From Candidatus Bathyarchaeia archaeon (GTDB lineage Archaea; Thermoproteota; Bathyarchaeia; Bathyarchaeales; Bathycorpusculaceae): 64,000 nucleotides of DNA. A program made the position numbers and the translations under genes. This document shows positions 38,186 to 48,465 of the stretch, piece by piece; within the stretch, counting starts at the first letter, position 1, and each line of letters starts with the position of its first letter. The stretch covers positions 1 to 64,000 of the forward strand of contig JAVZNC010000003.1 of assembly GCA_038882955.1 (NCBI GenBank), read 5' to 3'. The notes under the pieces are model-generated. The model ran no database searches, was not told the origin of the DNA, and saw nothing but the letters and a program-made list of their open reading frames with translations.

Positions 38186-38641
38186 TTAAGAAGCTGGCGC
38201 TTGTTCACTCCACGGAGGATCGCTTAATATGTGTCCTGTTGTGAATACCACTTTGAAGTAATATGTTGTTCCAGGTGTCCAATCATAGTTTATCGTTACC
38301 GTTTCTATTGAACCAGCGCCTACCGTTATTGGCATTGATTGAACTGGAGTTTGTTCTACCAAATTTCCTGGAGTTAGTCCGCAGTAAATTTTTGATATTT
38401 GAGTGTCTGAAGTTCCTCTGTTGCCTATGTCAATGTCTATTTTCTTTGCGCCTCCTTCTGTATAGAAGCGTACATTGGCTTTGTACGGTATTACGCCTGC
38501 TTGTTGTCCTGCGCTGCCCATGTATGTCATTATCCAAGCATATGTTACGACTATTGCTGCTACTGCGATTACTATTAGTAGTAGGGTTGCGAGTATGGGC
38601 GATATGGCCTTTTTAGACTTTAACATTTTTTGTTTTGGCAT
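38186..38641 (-). CDS. Type IV pilin, probable major pilin
   Basis: Class III signal KSKKA^ISPILATLLLIVIAV; GGTGA SD; own AT-rich upstream region. Confidence 0.92.
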   Translation of the reverse strand: MPKQKMLKSKKAISPILATLLLIVIAVAAIVVTYAWIMTYMGSAGQQAGVIPYKANVRFYTEGGAKKIDIDIGNRGTSDTQISKIYCGLTPGNLVEQTPVQSMPITVGAGSIETVTINYDWTPGTTYYFKVVFTTGHILSDPPWSEQAPAS

Positions 38642-38732
38642 AGCGTTTTCACCCACTTGCTGTTTAGGAAATCTAACGATTACTTATTTAACTTGTATGA
38701 ACTTGAAATCCAAATTCCAAATTAATTTAAGG

Positions 38733-41117
38733 CTAGTTTTCCGTGATCACAGTTATTATTGGCGGATACTCGACCAGAACCCATAAGCCGCTGCCATTGC
38801 TCTTGTATATCGGCGTGTAGCCTGCATCAAAAGTTACAACGGCGCCGTACCATGTTACGTCTAGAGCGTATGTAAAGTTAGCTATGGTTCCGAGGGATTT
38901 GGCTATGGGGAGCACTTCCATGATGCTTGTGGCTGTTACATTAATGGCGCCAGTAAAACTGCCAGTCATTCCCTCAAAAAAGTATAGCATTTCATTTGCT
39001 TTGTCTGTGAACATTACTCCAAATCCACTTGATGTTGATGCATCTGAAACTTGACTCCAATGGTGTTGCCAAGAAGTGGTTGAAGAATTATAGAACAACC
39101 CATACTCGTTTGAAATTACTGGATAACCGTTTAATGTGCCGTTTTCTGTTTGCAAACGGATGTAGTTACAGTAGATACTATAACGATAATTGTTGTGCGA
39201 AGCATCGGTCGGATTCGTTGGCGAGGAATAACTGTTGGTTGTATCACTATGTCCTTGGTCGGTAAAACCATCAGCGTAATAGAACCTAACGGTGTTGTCA
39301 GGTACTATCATCAAAACATATTCGGTGTTCGGAGACAAAACTGGAGGAGATGAAAAGGTGGCTGTCTGCCATTTAAGTGTTGTAGTCACTGAAACTGGAT
39401 TAGTTATCGCCACTATCTGCATATCAGTGTGTCTTACAATTAGACATTTGACGTTTGCTGTTCCACTACCTCTATCGGCGTAGAAGGATATGCTATTCGC
39501 GATTACAGCAGTGGATGGAGAAGTGAAAAGACTACCATACATGTAGTTTGCGCTAACACTTACATAACTTGAACTTATAGCGTTAGAGCCAAAGAATCCT
39601 GGCGCAGAAGCGGTTACATTTACTAGGCAAATGTCTCTTATACTTCTTTGCATGCTTGCCGCGTCTAGGAATATTAGGCGTTGCTGATAAGTGTAGTATG
39701 TGGCGTTAGCTGGCAATGTTAACACGATGTGTGTATAAACGTTTGGACAGTTGCTAATGCCGTTGGAATATTCCGATTCGCCGTGCACAACACTTCGAAC
39801 AGTGCCATTGTATATAGCATATGCCCACTCTGGATCAGTGGTGTCGTATCTGTCGTTTATGCGTAATAACTTTGACGTGCTTGTTGTGCTTCCTCTTGTT
39901 GCTGTAGCTTCGAAACCGCTAGATGCAAGCTGAATTGTCAATATTCCGTTGCTTAATGTTCTACTAGAAGGATTATCTCTAAAATAGCGGTTAGTGTATG
40001 CAAGTGATGTTTGTGTGACTGTGTCGCTTCCGTTCCACCATATTGTAACTTTTGTAACGTTTGGGTTTATTAGGAAAACTAGCATGTTTCTGTTGCTGAA
40101 CATGCTTGCATTGTTAGTCAAGCCTAACGGAATTTTGTAGTCTGAAGCCCAATCTTCTATTTGGAATGGCACTTCTTGGTTTACGCCGTTTATGGTTTGG
40201 TTTACACGCATTGCTTTCACTGGTATTGGCGGAATGGGTTTCGCCTGCGTTGTTAATTGCAAGTTTTGTCCAAGCCATCGCATTGTGCCGTTCTGCAGAA
40301 GCTCCACGACTATTGTTGCGTCCACAGCGTTCTTTAGCGGCTGGTAAAACGTTTCATTCCAATTTATTGTGCAAACGTAGCGACTAAATGATGAAGCTAC
40401 TACTACCAAGCCTCTGGGGTCTTGCACTTGCACGATGTAGGAGTATGGGTCTATTTCTGAAAGTGCGGGGTCGGTCATATTGATTAGGTATGTGCCATTT
40501 GCGTAAGCCTCTATGCTTGTATCGTATAGTGGACTTACTGGCATCCATGTGGAGTTTTCGTAAATATAACGGTAAAATTTGAAGTTGTCCTTTCCAAGGT
40601 TAATGACGGCCTCGCCTTCATCTTTTTTTACTACAACAGCAGCTTGATTGTTAGCTGTAACGTTTCCAATTTCCACCATTAGCCTGCATGAAGTGTCATA
40701 GCTTATTCCATGAATACCTAACCCATTTAGGCTATAGTTTACTTTTAGATACGCTTCGCTATAGCTCGAGTTTGTAAACCAATATGTTGTCATGTTTATG
40801 TTGTCTACATTGAATGAGGCGCCCCATTCTGGATGCATGTTTGCTATGTGGGCTAGGCCACTTTGGAAGTATCCTACCGCCAAATCCCTCGCGTAGGTGT
40901 TGTTTCCAGTAACCTGCAAAACCGAACCATAATAGCCAACAGTAAAGCCCAAAACCTGTTTTAGGGCAACAATTGTTTCATCAATTGCGTTTAATATGTA
41001 AGCTTCGTTTTGCACTGGACTGTTGCGAATAGACGAATAAGTCATTATGACGGTGGCTATGAGAATTACAGCCACAAACAATGCAGCAATAATCGTGAAC
41101 TGTCCCTTGTTGTTCAT
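38733..41117 (-). CDS. Large pilin-like/adhesin protein (~794 aa)
   Basis: MNNKG^QFTIIAALFVAV class III signal with GGAGG SD; many NxS/T sequons. Confidence 0.8.
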   Translation of the reverse strand: MNNKGQFTIIAALFVAVILIATVIMTYSSIRNSPVQNEAYILNAIDETIVALKQVLGFTVGYYGSVLQVTGNNTYARDLAVGYFQSGLAHIANMHPEWGASFNVDNINMTTYWFTNSSYSEAYLKVNYSLNGLGIHGISYDTSCRLMVEIGNVTANNQAAVVVKKDEGEAVINLGKDNFKFYRYIYENSTWMPVSPLYDTSIEAYANGTYLINMTDPALSEIDPYSYIVQVQDPRGLVVVASSFSRYVCTINWNETFYQPLKNAVDATIVVELLQNGTMRWLGQNLQLTTQAKPIPPIPVKAMRVNQTINGVNQEVPFQIEDWASDYKIPLGLTNNASMFSNRNMLVFLINPNVTKVTIWWNGSDTVTQTSLAYTNRYFRDNPSSRTLSNGILTIQLASSGFEATATRGSTTSTSKLLRINDRYDTTDPEWAYAIYNGTVRSVVHGESEYSNGISNCPNVYTHIVLTLPANATYYTYQQRLIFLDAASMQRSIRDICLVNVTASAPGFFGSNAISSSYVSVSANYMYGSLFTSPSTAVIANSISFYADRGSGTANVKCLIVRHTDMQIVAITNPVSVTTTLKWQTATFSSPPVLSPNTEYVLMIVPDNTVRFYYADGFTDQGHSDTTNSYSSPTNPTDASHNNYRYSIYCNYIRLQTENGTLNGYPVISNEYGLFYNSSTTSWQHHWSQVSDASTSSGFGVMFTDKANEMLYFFEGMTGSFTGAINVTATSIMEVLPIAKSLGTIANFTYALDVTWYGAVVTFDAGYTPIYKSNGSGLWVLVEYPPIITVITEN

Positions 41118-41118
41118 G

Positions 41119-42432
41119 TTAGATTCCTCCAGTTTGTCCAAGCTGCAAAACAACAAGCCTAGTGGCATCAGCAGCCGTATACTGCAAAGGATAAAGCCTA
41201 GGCTTATAATACGAAAGAAGCCCAAGCGCAGTCAATCGTATATCGGGAGTTCTCGTTAAACCTAAAGCGAGAAGCGAACCTTCAATTCTTGTGCCATTCC
41301 AATAGTTGTATAAAGCACCAGGGTAACATTCCTCTTTTTCATTGAATATAAGTAATCCAACCTTTAAGTTAGGGTAGGCGCTTATCTTAATCTTTTGTAT
41401 TGCCCTCGTAGACGTTTGATCAGGAGAAGGATATATTCCGTAATAATTGCAGTTATCTAAAACTTGTGATGAAAGACTGACTGTACCAACATTTCTGTAA
41501 ATATTACTAGTGTCGCTTGGATCATAGCTTGCATTGGTTAATCCTTGAAGGAATGCATACATTCCTCGCTGTGCAACCATTATCATCCCGAAAATGCCCC
41601 AATCATTTTGGCTATTGTTAAGGCTTATTGTGTTTGTAACGTAATAGAAGGGATAACCTACGATGCTCGCCCAAGTCCAATTGTAACGGCGAACTTGTTG
41701 CCCCAAGAAATAACAATAGTAAGCATAGCTATTGGTAGAATATGGTGTTGTGCAATACGCTGTTGGTATTGGTACTGCTTCTCCGAAGGTGTTTATGACT
41801 ACTGCGTTTTGTACTGTTTCGTTTTGGATTGGTGTTCCATTCAGTATTTTTGCGAGGTCTGTTGTGTTCTGCACCATTATTGTTGTTTTGAAGTATGGTG
41901 ATAGTAGGTTGTAGAGGTCTTGTGCTAGACTGTGCGCCGTATAGCCCGTAATCCACCATCCTCGGGCGTCGCTACAATTCAATATATAAAGTGTTCCTCC
42001 TCCGCCTCCACTTTCCCCAATCTTTTCTGGAATAAACTTAAAAGTAACATTCGACGAAGCAACAAGATACGAGGATGCGTCTGAACCTATACCCAAACTT
42101 TCAGCATTCGAAATCGACTTTTTAAGCGAATAAAGCTGGGTTCCGCTATCCGTCATAATCGCGTAGACTGTCAAATTATAAACTATGTTGGGAGGCAAAC
42201 ACGCAGAAAGCGCGATTTGAAGTTCGCCCCAAGCTGTGTCGTTTTCATCTAGGAAGACTATTCTGCTTAAATCATAGTTGACGTCCAAAATTTCAAGGGT
42301 TGTGGCAGCAAGCATTCTGAGGTTTTGCGGCGAAACCCGTCTTGGTACTGGAAGAACAGCGAAGAAAGAGGAAATCGTGAATGCTCCAGCAATAATAATT
42401 ATTACCAGCAGAACTTCAACCGTGCGCATCAT
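41119..42432 (-). CDS. Minor pilin-like protein
   Basis: MMRTVEVLLVIIII hydrophobic N-terminus with Glu; in pilus operon. Confidence 0.7.
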   Translation of the reverse strand: MMRTVEVLLVIIIIAGAFTISSFFAVLPVPRRVSPQNLRMLAATTLEILDVNYDLSRIVFLDENDTAWGELQIALSACLPPNIVYNLTVYAIMTDSGTQLYSLKKSISNAESLGIGSDASSYLVASSNVTFKFIPEKIGESGGGGGTLYILNCSDARGWWITGYTAHSLAQDLYNLLSPYFKTTIMVQNTTDLAKILNGTPIQNETVQNAVVINTFGEAVPIPTAYCTTPYSTNSYAYYCYFLGQQVRRYNWTWASIVGYPFYYVTNTISLNNSQNDWGIFGMIMVAQRGMYAFLQGLTNASYDPSDTSNIYRNVGTVSLSSQVLDNCNYYGIYPSPDQTSTRAIQKIKISAYPNLKVGLLIFNEKEECYPGALYNYWNGTRIEGSLLALGLTRTPDIRLTALGLLSYYKPRLYPLQYTAADATRLVVLQLGQTGGI

Positions 42433-42435
42433 TGC

Positions 42436-43683
42436 CTAACCCACCACCTGATAACCACGCAGACTCCATAACTCAAGCTTCGCTTGGTATGCAATATTGC
42501 CAACTATCACTTGGCGAATGTCAGTGGCAACCCATTCCTTTCCAGAAGAGTCCTCGCCGAAAACAATGGGAAAGGACATTGCACTTAAACCCCAAGGCAT
42601 CAGAACAGCACCATATTCATTATTGCTTTGGTATGTAACTATCAAAATCCCCGGGTTGTAAGTTGGGATTGTGATGTTAGCCCATTGTTTATCGGTTCCT
42701 TGCCCATAGACAACTTTGCCAAGTTTTCCAACAGAGTCCTCCATGTACATCTCACGTAACTTAAAATCGTCGGTTAAGAGCACGAAAGTTGCGTTGAAGA
42801 AGACGGAAGATTCTGGTGGACCATAATCATGTACGTTGTAGCTGTGTACGAGCAAAACGCGTCTATCCTCGAAACTATCGATTAGAGGAAGTACATATTC
42901 TTTGTAGCCACTTCTCCGCTGATAGTAGCCCGTTCCCACAAGTCCGCTTATGTGCGCGTAAGCAATAAATGCGTAGGCATTATCCGCAGCAACATTCTGA
43001 AAACTTACTACTGCCACACCTGCAGCATTTGTGCGGGTGGTTCCAAACGAGCTTGTGTAGGATGGATTTTTTTGACCACCTTTGTCATTGACCTTTAAGA
43101 AGCAGTAGCTTACCTCTGCATTCGCGAGCGGAAAGCCAGCGCCCATAACTTTAACATTTAGGGTTAAGGGGCTTGAAGCTCTGGTTTCTTCAATTGAAAC
43201 TGTTACAATCGGTTGTACTGAGAGCTTAAATCCAAACGTGCCATTTATTCCAAGTAATCGCGAAGCTGTAGAATAATTAATTGCTATAGTGTAAGGTACA
43301 AAAAGAAAGTTACCAAACCCCGTGCTCAAGTTGCTATACGTCACTCCTGTTCTCGGGTAAGTGAACGGAGTTCCAGTCAATGATTGTAGTCTCATGAGTG
43401 AAAATGGGCTTAGCTTATACTGTGAAAACATGGGAGACTGCCTAACTAGCGGATCTTGTAAACCAAACCCGTATGGCGTGCAGTTGCTCGTCCCCCAGTA
43501 ATCCGGAATGCCTGGGCTTAGCATCATGTTATCTAATAGGTCACTGCATTTTGTCGCCAAATACCTATGCTGCTGATATAAAACCGCTGTTTGAATTGTC
43601 TGATTGAATAGACTTATGAAGAGCAGTATGGCGCCTAGGAAAACCATGGCGGAAACCAGATGATCTATTGTTGAGCCCGTCAT
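42436..43683 (-). CDS. Minor pilin-like protein
   Basis: MTGSTIDHLVSAMVFL N-terminal hydrophobic helix; SPG.P..W motif; in pilus operon. Confidence 0.7.
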   Translation of the reverse strand: MTGSTIDHLVSAMVFLGAILLFISLFNQTIQTAVLYQQHRYLATKCSDLLDNMMLSPGIPDYWGTSNCTPYGFGLQDPLVRQSPMFSQYKLSPFSLMRLQSLTGTPFTYPRTGVTYSNLSTGFGNFLFVPYTIAINYSTASRLLGINGTFGFKLSVQPIVTVSIEETRASSPLTLNVKVMGAGFPLANAEVSYCFLKVNDKGGQKNPSYTSSFGTTRTNAAGVAVVSFQNVAADNAYAFIAYAHISGLVGTGYYQRRSGYKEYVLPLIDSFEDRRVLLVHSYNVHDYGPPESSVFFNATFVLLTDDFKLREMYMEDSVGKLGKVVYGQGTDKQWANITIPTYNPGILIVTYQSNNEYGAVLMPWGLSAMSFPIVFGEDSSGKEWVATDIRQVIVGNIAYQAKLELWSLRGYQVVG

Positions 43684-43699
43684 GGTTATCTCATCTCCA

Positions 43700-44191
43700 T
43701 CAACTCGTAAAAGAAAACCGTATCAAAGCGTCTATCCCGCTTCCAATTTTTTCAGCTCTTATTCCAGCGTTCAGCGAATTGCTTACGAAAGTGGAGTTTT
43801 GCCACTCAGCATTCTGTCCCAGAATAACAGCTGTGCGTGCGGTAATCCCAAAATTCTGCAGAGTTAACGTTATCTCCAAGATTTTGCTAGAGTTTAAGGC
43901 TGGATCCAACGTTGTTCTTAATGTTACGTTTCCGGTGTATGGAAAATTATCTATTAATGGTGGAACAGGCGACTTCAACGTGGCCGTTCCAGCCAGTATT
44001 TCCTCCTCGTTTAGGGTGAAGTACAACTGCTGTATTGCGCTTCCCAAGTGGCTTGCTGCGTCCTGAAGCGCAAGAGTTCTACGATTATCCGTCCACATGC
44101 CCATCATCCAGTTTGTAGCCAAGGGGAATAGGAAAATCTGCAAGATCAAAACTGGAACCATGATGACATATTCTATTGCTATATGCGCCAT
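43700..44191 (-). CDS. Minor pilin (TadE-like N-terminus)
   Basis: MAHIAIEYVIMVPVLIL. Confidence 0.72.
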   Translation of the reverse strand: MAHIAIEYVIMVPVLILQIFLFPLATNWMMGMWTDNRRTLALQDAASHLGSAIQQLYFTLNEEEILAGTATLKSPVPPLIDNFPYTGNVTLRTTLDPALNSSKILEITLTLQNFGITARTAVILGQNAEWQNSTFVSNSLNAGIRAEKIGSGIDALIRFSFTS

Positions 44192-44204
44192 ACAACAGTC
44201 ACCC

Positions 44205-45065
44205 CTAACCGTGCAAACCTAAATGCACAAGCACCTCCCCAAGGTAAACCTCAACAACAGACCCGTCCCGAACATCATAAACCATGGAATTCCCTTCAAA
44301 GTTGAAAAAGTCAGATGTAAAACCCAAGCCAGCATTTGAAAAAGTGACATTAACCCTAACGGTGTCAACGTTCATCTCAGCAATTCTGTAAACGTTCTGC
44401 CCGGTAATCGTTACAGACTGAGAAAAATGTGGACTTTGCCCAACCTTCAAAATCGGGAGATAAATTTTAACATAACTGGTTGTTTTTGGACCCATGGTTA
44501 CCGTTGAGTTTAAAACTCTCATTATTGGCACAGCAACTATTCTTATATAATGTCCATCGGGCATGGGCAATTTTTCAACTGTGAAAACGCGGCTGACTGG
44601 TGCCGATGTCCCTTCTAAGAGAAAGGAGTTATTCTCTGATGGAAATATCAGCTTGAAATAGTTGTTGCTTATTGAATATTTACTTGTGGGCATGTTGAAA
44701 AGTATCATGCCCGTAGAATTAGCTGTTAAAAGCTTCCACGTTGAACCCACCTTCGCTTCTATGGTATATGTAAGTGCAACATCAAATTTCAAGAAACCGT
44801 ACCTGCTCGCGTAGCGAAGCGTTTGCGTTCGTCCAATAGTCCATGCAACATCATCCACTTGAAGACCAACTGTTTGCATGAACTGCTCCATGGCGTTAAA
44901 ATCGTTTTCGGCAAGCCTAGCCTCAAGGAAATTATTTGCAAAAACCGTTGTAACAAGAAGCAAAACTATAATGACGCCTGTCAATATCACCGTTGAAATG
45001 GCTGGGCTAACCGCTCTCTTGTCTCCCACCATTCTGGAATCGAGCGGAATTCGATTTTTCTCCAT
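44205..45065 (-). CDS. Type IV pilin-like protein
   Basis: DKRA^VSPAISTVILTG class III signal. Confidence 0.85.
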   Translation of the reverse strand: MEKNRIPLDSRMVGDKRAVSPAISTVILTGVIIVLLLVTTVFANNFLEARLAENDFNAMEQFMQTVGLQVDDVAWTIGRTQTLRYASRYGFLKFDVALTYTIEAKVGSTWKLLTANSTGMILFNMPTSKYSISNNYFKLIFPSENNSFLLEGTSAPVSRVFTVEKLPMPDGHYIRIVAVPIMRVLNSTVTMGPKTTSYVKIYLPILKVGQSPHFSQSVTITGQNVYRIAEMNVDTVRVNVTFSNAGLGFTSDFFNFEGNSMVYDVRDGSVVEVYLGEVLVHLGLHG

Positions 45066-45073
45066 TTCTCCCC

Positions 45074-46792
45074 CTATCCAAATTTTATAAACATAGGCAC
45101 AAACTGCGCAGCCAAAGCAGCTACGACAGCGAGAATTGCTGCATGCTTGAATCCTGCAGCAATGGACTCCTCACTTATTTTACCTCCAACCAAACCTATC
45201 AAATAGCTATGGAAAATCGCGGAAGTGGTAAATAGAATTCTCATCTGGCTTAGGCTCGCACTCGCCTCCTCTTTCCTGCCGATTTCTGCTACGTTTATGG
45301 TGCCTGTCGTAAAGCCCAGCATAAGTGTTGTTGTTGCAACAAGCAAAATTGCAGAGAAGTATGGCATAAGTATGTATGGACGCACAGCCATCTTCTTCTC
45401 CTTCTCAACCTCCTGCGTCAGGTTGTTAAACCTAGCCAAAGACTCAATCATTGAAATTGTTCCACCGCCAACATCTATGGTCTCAACGAGCAAGTACATG
45501 ACTATCTGAGTCATCCAACTTCGCACACGCTTAACAAAGTCCATAATAACCTTTCTAACGGGCACGCCCCAAGAAAGCTCAGAACTTATCTTACGCAACT
45601 CTTTAGTAAACTCTCCGTAATCGCGTTTTGAAAGGCTCTCAATGCATTTTTCCGGCGACAAACCAGTCTTCCTAACCTCCGTCAAATCCCTCAAAAAGCT
45701 GTTAATGCCCTGTTCTATGCTAGATTTTTTTTGCGAGATCCTACTGTGCACAATTGCGGCTGGTGCTGTTGCCACGAATAGGGCTATGGCGACGGCTGTT
45801 GGTAACTCTATGATTGATTGGATTGGACTGAGGAACGGGATTTCCATGTATCCCATGAAGTTGGTCAATAGTAGGAATATTATGATGGCTATTACGCTGC
45901 AAACTCCGAAGACCTTGTATGGACGTGTTTCAACAACAGGTGTTTTAGGCTGCATTGTATGCGCTAAGTATATAAAAACAAATGAAAGCATAGGCGTAAA
46001 CAGGTATGTGTATAGAATCATTCCAGAACCCATGGACATTTCAGTTGAGTACATGGATTCTACGCTGAACAATATGTAGAAGCAGAGCGACATCAGAACC
46101 ATCACGATTATGAAAGTTTCCAGGAGCATTCCAAGCCTTTCAGCAGCCGCCTTAACGCGCATTGCTCTGGTCTTAAAAATGTCTTCAGCCTTTCTTTCAA
46201 GGAAATGTCCAATGTCTCCGCCTATAATCACTGTGGAGGCGTAGCCCGAAAGAAAATCTTTGAAGATGTCAAGTGGGTTTTTCTTGGCTGCATTTTCTAT
46301 AGCCGTTAATGGATCTATGCCGAAAATTTCCACATCTTTCATTATTTCTTTTGCTTCGCTTCTCATAGCGGGCATGAGTTCAACTTCGGCAAGTCGCTTA
46401 AAACTCGTGTATGGGGCTATGCCGCCGGAAGCCATAACGCTGATATACGCGGCTGCAAAGGGCATTTCTCTTTCAAGGTTTGCCGCTCGGTCACTTGCCT
46501 TTGACATTGGTATTAGGATGAATCCTATCATTATGTAGAATGGCATTGGAATTAGGAAAATCACCGGCAAGAAGCCGTAAAAGTACAGTATTATAAGGGA
46601 GGCTATTGAAACAGGGATTGTCAAGATTGCTAGGAAAAACATCATTGAAACGTATGTTTCTGGGTAAATCTTGATTCTAGCCCTTTCTAAATAGTCTTTA
46701 AACTCGAAGACGTTTTTCAGAAAGGATGGGGCTATCCTCCCGAACATTCGGAAGGACCATGCTTCAAGGGTTCTCAGAAGTTGCAATTGCAT
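45074..46792 (-). CDS. Pilus membrane platform protein (TadC/ArlJ/T2SSF, two repeats)
   Basis: REMPFAAAY..MASGG; FLRDLTE..KTG..ELSWG; multiple TMs. Confidence 0.92.
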   Translation of the reverse strand: MQLQLLRTLEAWSFRMFGRIAPSFLKNVFEFKDYLERARIKIYPETYVSMMFFLAILTIPVSIASLIILYFYGFLPVIFLIPMPFYIMIGFILIPMSKASDRAANLEREMPFAAAYISVMASGGIAPYTSFKRLAEVELMPAMRSEAKEIMKDVEIFGIDPLTAIENAAKKNPLDIFKDFLSGYASTVIIGGDIGHFLERKAEDIFKTRAMRVKAAAERLGMLLETFIIVMVLMSLCFYILFSVESMYSTEMSMGSGMILYTYLFTPMLSFVFIYLAHTMQPKTPVVETRPYKVFGVCSVIAIIIFLLLTNFMGYMEIPFLSPIQSIIELPTAVAIALFVATAPAAIVHSRISQKKSSIEQGINSFLRDLTEVRKTGLSPEKCIESLSKRDYGEFTKELRKISSELSWGVPVRKVIMDFVKRVRSWMTQIVMYLLVETIDVGGGTISMIESLARFNNLTQEVEKEKKMAVRPYILMPYFSAILLVATTTLMLGFTTGTINVAEIGRKEEASASLSQMRILFTTSAIFHSYLIGLVGGKISEESIAAGFKHAAILAVVAALAAQFVPMFIKFG

Positions 46793-48392
46793 GCACCTCT
46801 TCTCCAGCAACAACCTTCTCGTAGAACTGTTTCGGTCTCGCGTAGTACTCCGCAATGATTGCGGCAACATCCTTGTAGCTTCTTATGCTGCGTTCTCTCA
46901 TCCAACGCAACACGTCTTTGCGTCTATTTATTTCCTCAATAATTTCCTTCTTTGTTAAGCCCGTTTTATCCGAGATTGTGGAGAGCATTATGCTTTTGTC
47001 GAATGCTGGCAAATGACTGTCTTTTACTGGATGCCATTTGAAGACGCATTTGTAATCGTTGTAGTCTGCGATTTCATTAACGTTTATAACGCGTCTGTAC
47101 GCTTTCTTTTCTGCGCCCTTGATTAGGTGGACACGTTGAATTGACAGAACAATGTTCATTAGAGGTATGTATGCCGGCGAAATGTCCATTGGTTTTTGTG
47201 TTAAACGCTTTATCGCCGAGTCAAGGTTTTCAGCGTGCATTGTGCACATGCCGCCGTGTCCAGTAGCTAACGCTTGGAAAAGCACGTAGGCTTCTTGTCC
47301 CCTAACCTCTCCAACTACGAGTATGTCGGGTCTATGTCTCATCGACGTCTTAACAAGGTCGAAAAGCGTAACTTCGCCTACGGTGCTTCCGCCTAGTCCA
47401 TAACTCTGTCTGGCAATCAGTGAAACCCAGTTTTCATGCGGCAAGTTAAGCTCAGCGGTTTCCTCTATGGTGATTATTTTGCTTCCAGGCTTAATCAGGC
47501 ATGCCAAAGCATTAAGTGCTGTTGTTTTTCCAGCGGCTGTTCCGCCCAAAACCATTATTGAGGACCTGTGTTCCAAGCATAGCCAGAAGTAGGCAGCCAT
47601 CTCCTCCGAGAACGTGCCCAGATTTATTAGGTCTATTATCGAGTATGGGTCTTCCCTGAACTTTCTGATTGTGAATGCTGTTCCGAAGGGCGTGACTTCG
47701 CGCCTGTAACACACTGCGAGCCTATGTTTGCCTGGCAGCGAGGCGTCAACTACGGGGAAGGCTGAGCTTACGTGCTTTCCAGCCATGTGGACGAGTTTTA
47801 CGACCATGTTGTCCAGTTCTTCGTCGTTTTCAAACTCAACGTTTGTTTCTATGCTTTCGTAGTTTCTGTGCCAAACATAAACTGGCTTGTTAACACCGTC
47901 GCATGAGATATCCTCGATGTTTGGGTCTCGCATGAACGGGTCTATTCTGCCGAAGCCTACAAGGTCCCTTTCAGCGTGGTACAGAATCTTGTACCATGAG
48001 ACGTCTGGAAGCCAGCCCAAGCTTATGCGGTACTTGTCAACAATTTTTTTTGCTTCTTCCGCGAAGAACCTTCTTGGGTCAACAATTTCCTCTTTTGGAG
48101 ATTCGATTTCGGCTAGGAGAATCTCCAATATGCGGTTGTAGACGCTTCTTTCAAGCGGGTCCAATTGCAACTCGTCTAGAATGTACTTGTACTCTCCAGT
48201 TTTTGGGTTCTGTACAATCGCGGTGTGGGCGAACGGTTCATAAAGCGGATATTTCTCGACAACTTTGAACCCTCGTGGGACTGGTTTTGGTGGAGGTGGT
48301 GGCACTACTACTTGTGCGCGCTTCTTGAAGGCGAATTTTATTCGTACTTTCTTTAGTTTTGTTAGGGTTCCTTTGAGTTGTAGTTTCGGCAT
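46764..48392 (-). CDS. Pilus assembly ATPase (TadA/ArlI/VirB11 family)
   Basis: IEDISCDG, TIRKF, GGTAAGKTT, IEETAEL, RPD..VGEVRG, TGH..TMH. Confidence 0.96.
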   Translation of the reverse strand: MPKLQLKGTLTKLKKVRIKFAFKKRAQVVVPPPPPKPVPRGFKVVEKYPLYEPFAHTAIVQNPKTGEYKYILDELQLDPLERSVYNRILEILLAEIESPKEEIVDPRRFFAEEAKKIVDKYRISLGWLPDVSWYKILYHAERDLVGFGRIDPFMRDPNIEDISCDGVNKPVYVWHRNYESIETNVEFENDEELDNMVVKLVHMAGKHVSSAFPVVDASLPGKHRLAVCYRREVTPFGTAFTIRKFREDPYSIIDLINLGTFSEEMAAYFWLCLEHRSSIMVLGGTAAGKTTALNALACLIKPGSKIITIEETAELNLPHENWVSLIARQSYGLGGSTVGEVTLFDLVKTSMRHRPDILVVGEVRGQEAYVLFQALATGHGGMCTMHAENLDSAIKRLTQKPMDISPAYIPLMNIVLSIQRVHLIKGAEKKAYRRVINVNEIADYNDYKCVFKWHPVKDSHLPAFDKSIMLSTISDKTGLTKKEIIEEINRRKDVLRWMRERSIRSYKDVAAIIAEYYARPKQFYEKVVAGEEVHAIATSENP

Positions 48393-48465
48393 CGACTTTT
48401 CTCCTATTCAGTATTTGATATATGTACGGTCTATTAAATATTACGTCTTGCTAAACATGACTATT

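Noticed and set aside
42430-42438. In-frame TAG GCA ATG junction between two pilin-like genes (possible amber readthrough)
   Set aside because: The downstream gene has its own pilin-like N-terminus and SD-like sequence; no pyl genes in the window; in-frame adjacency arises by chance one time in three
37265-48392. Archaellum operon
   Set aside because: No ArlH/F/G, archaellin or chemotaxis genes; composition fits a pilus
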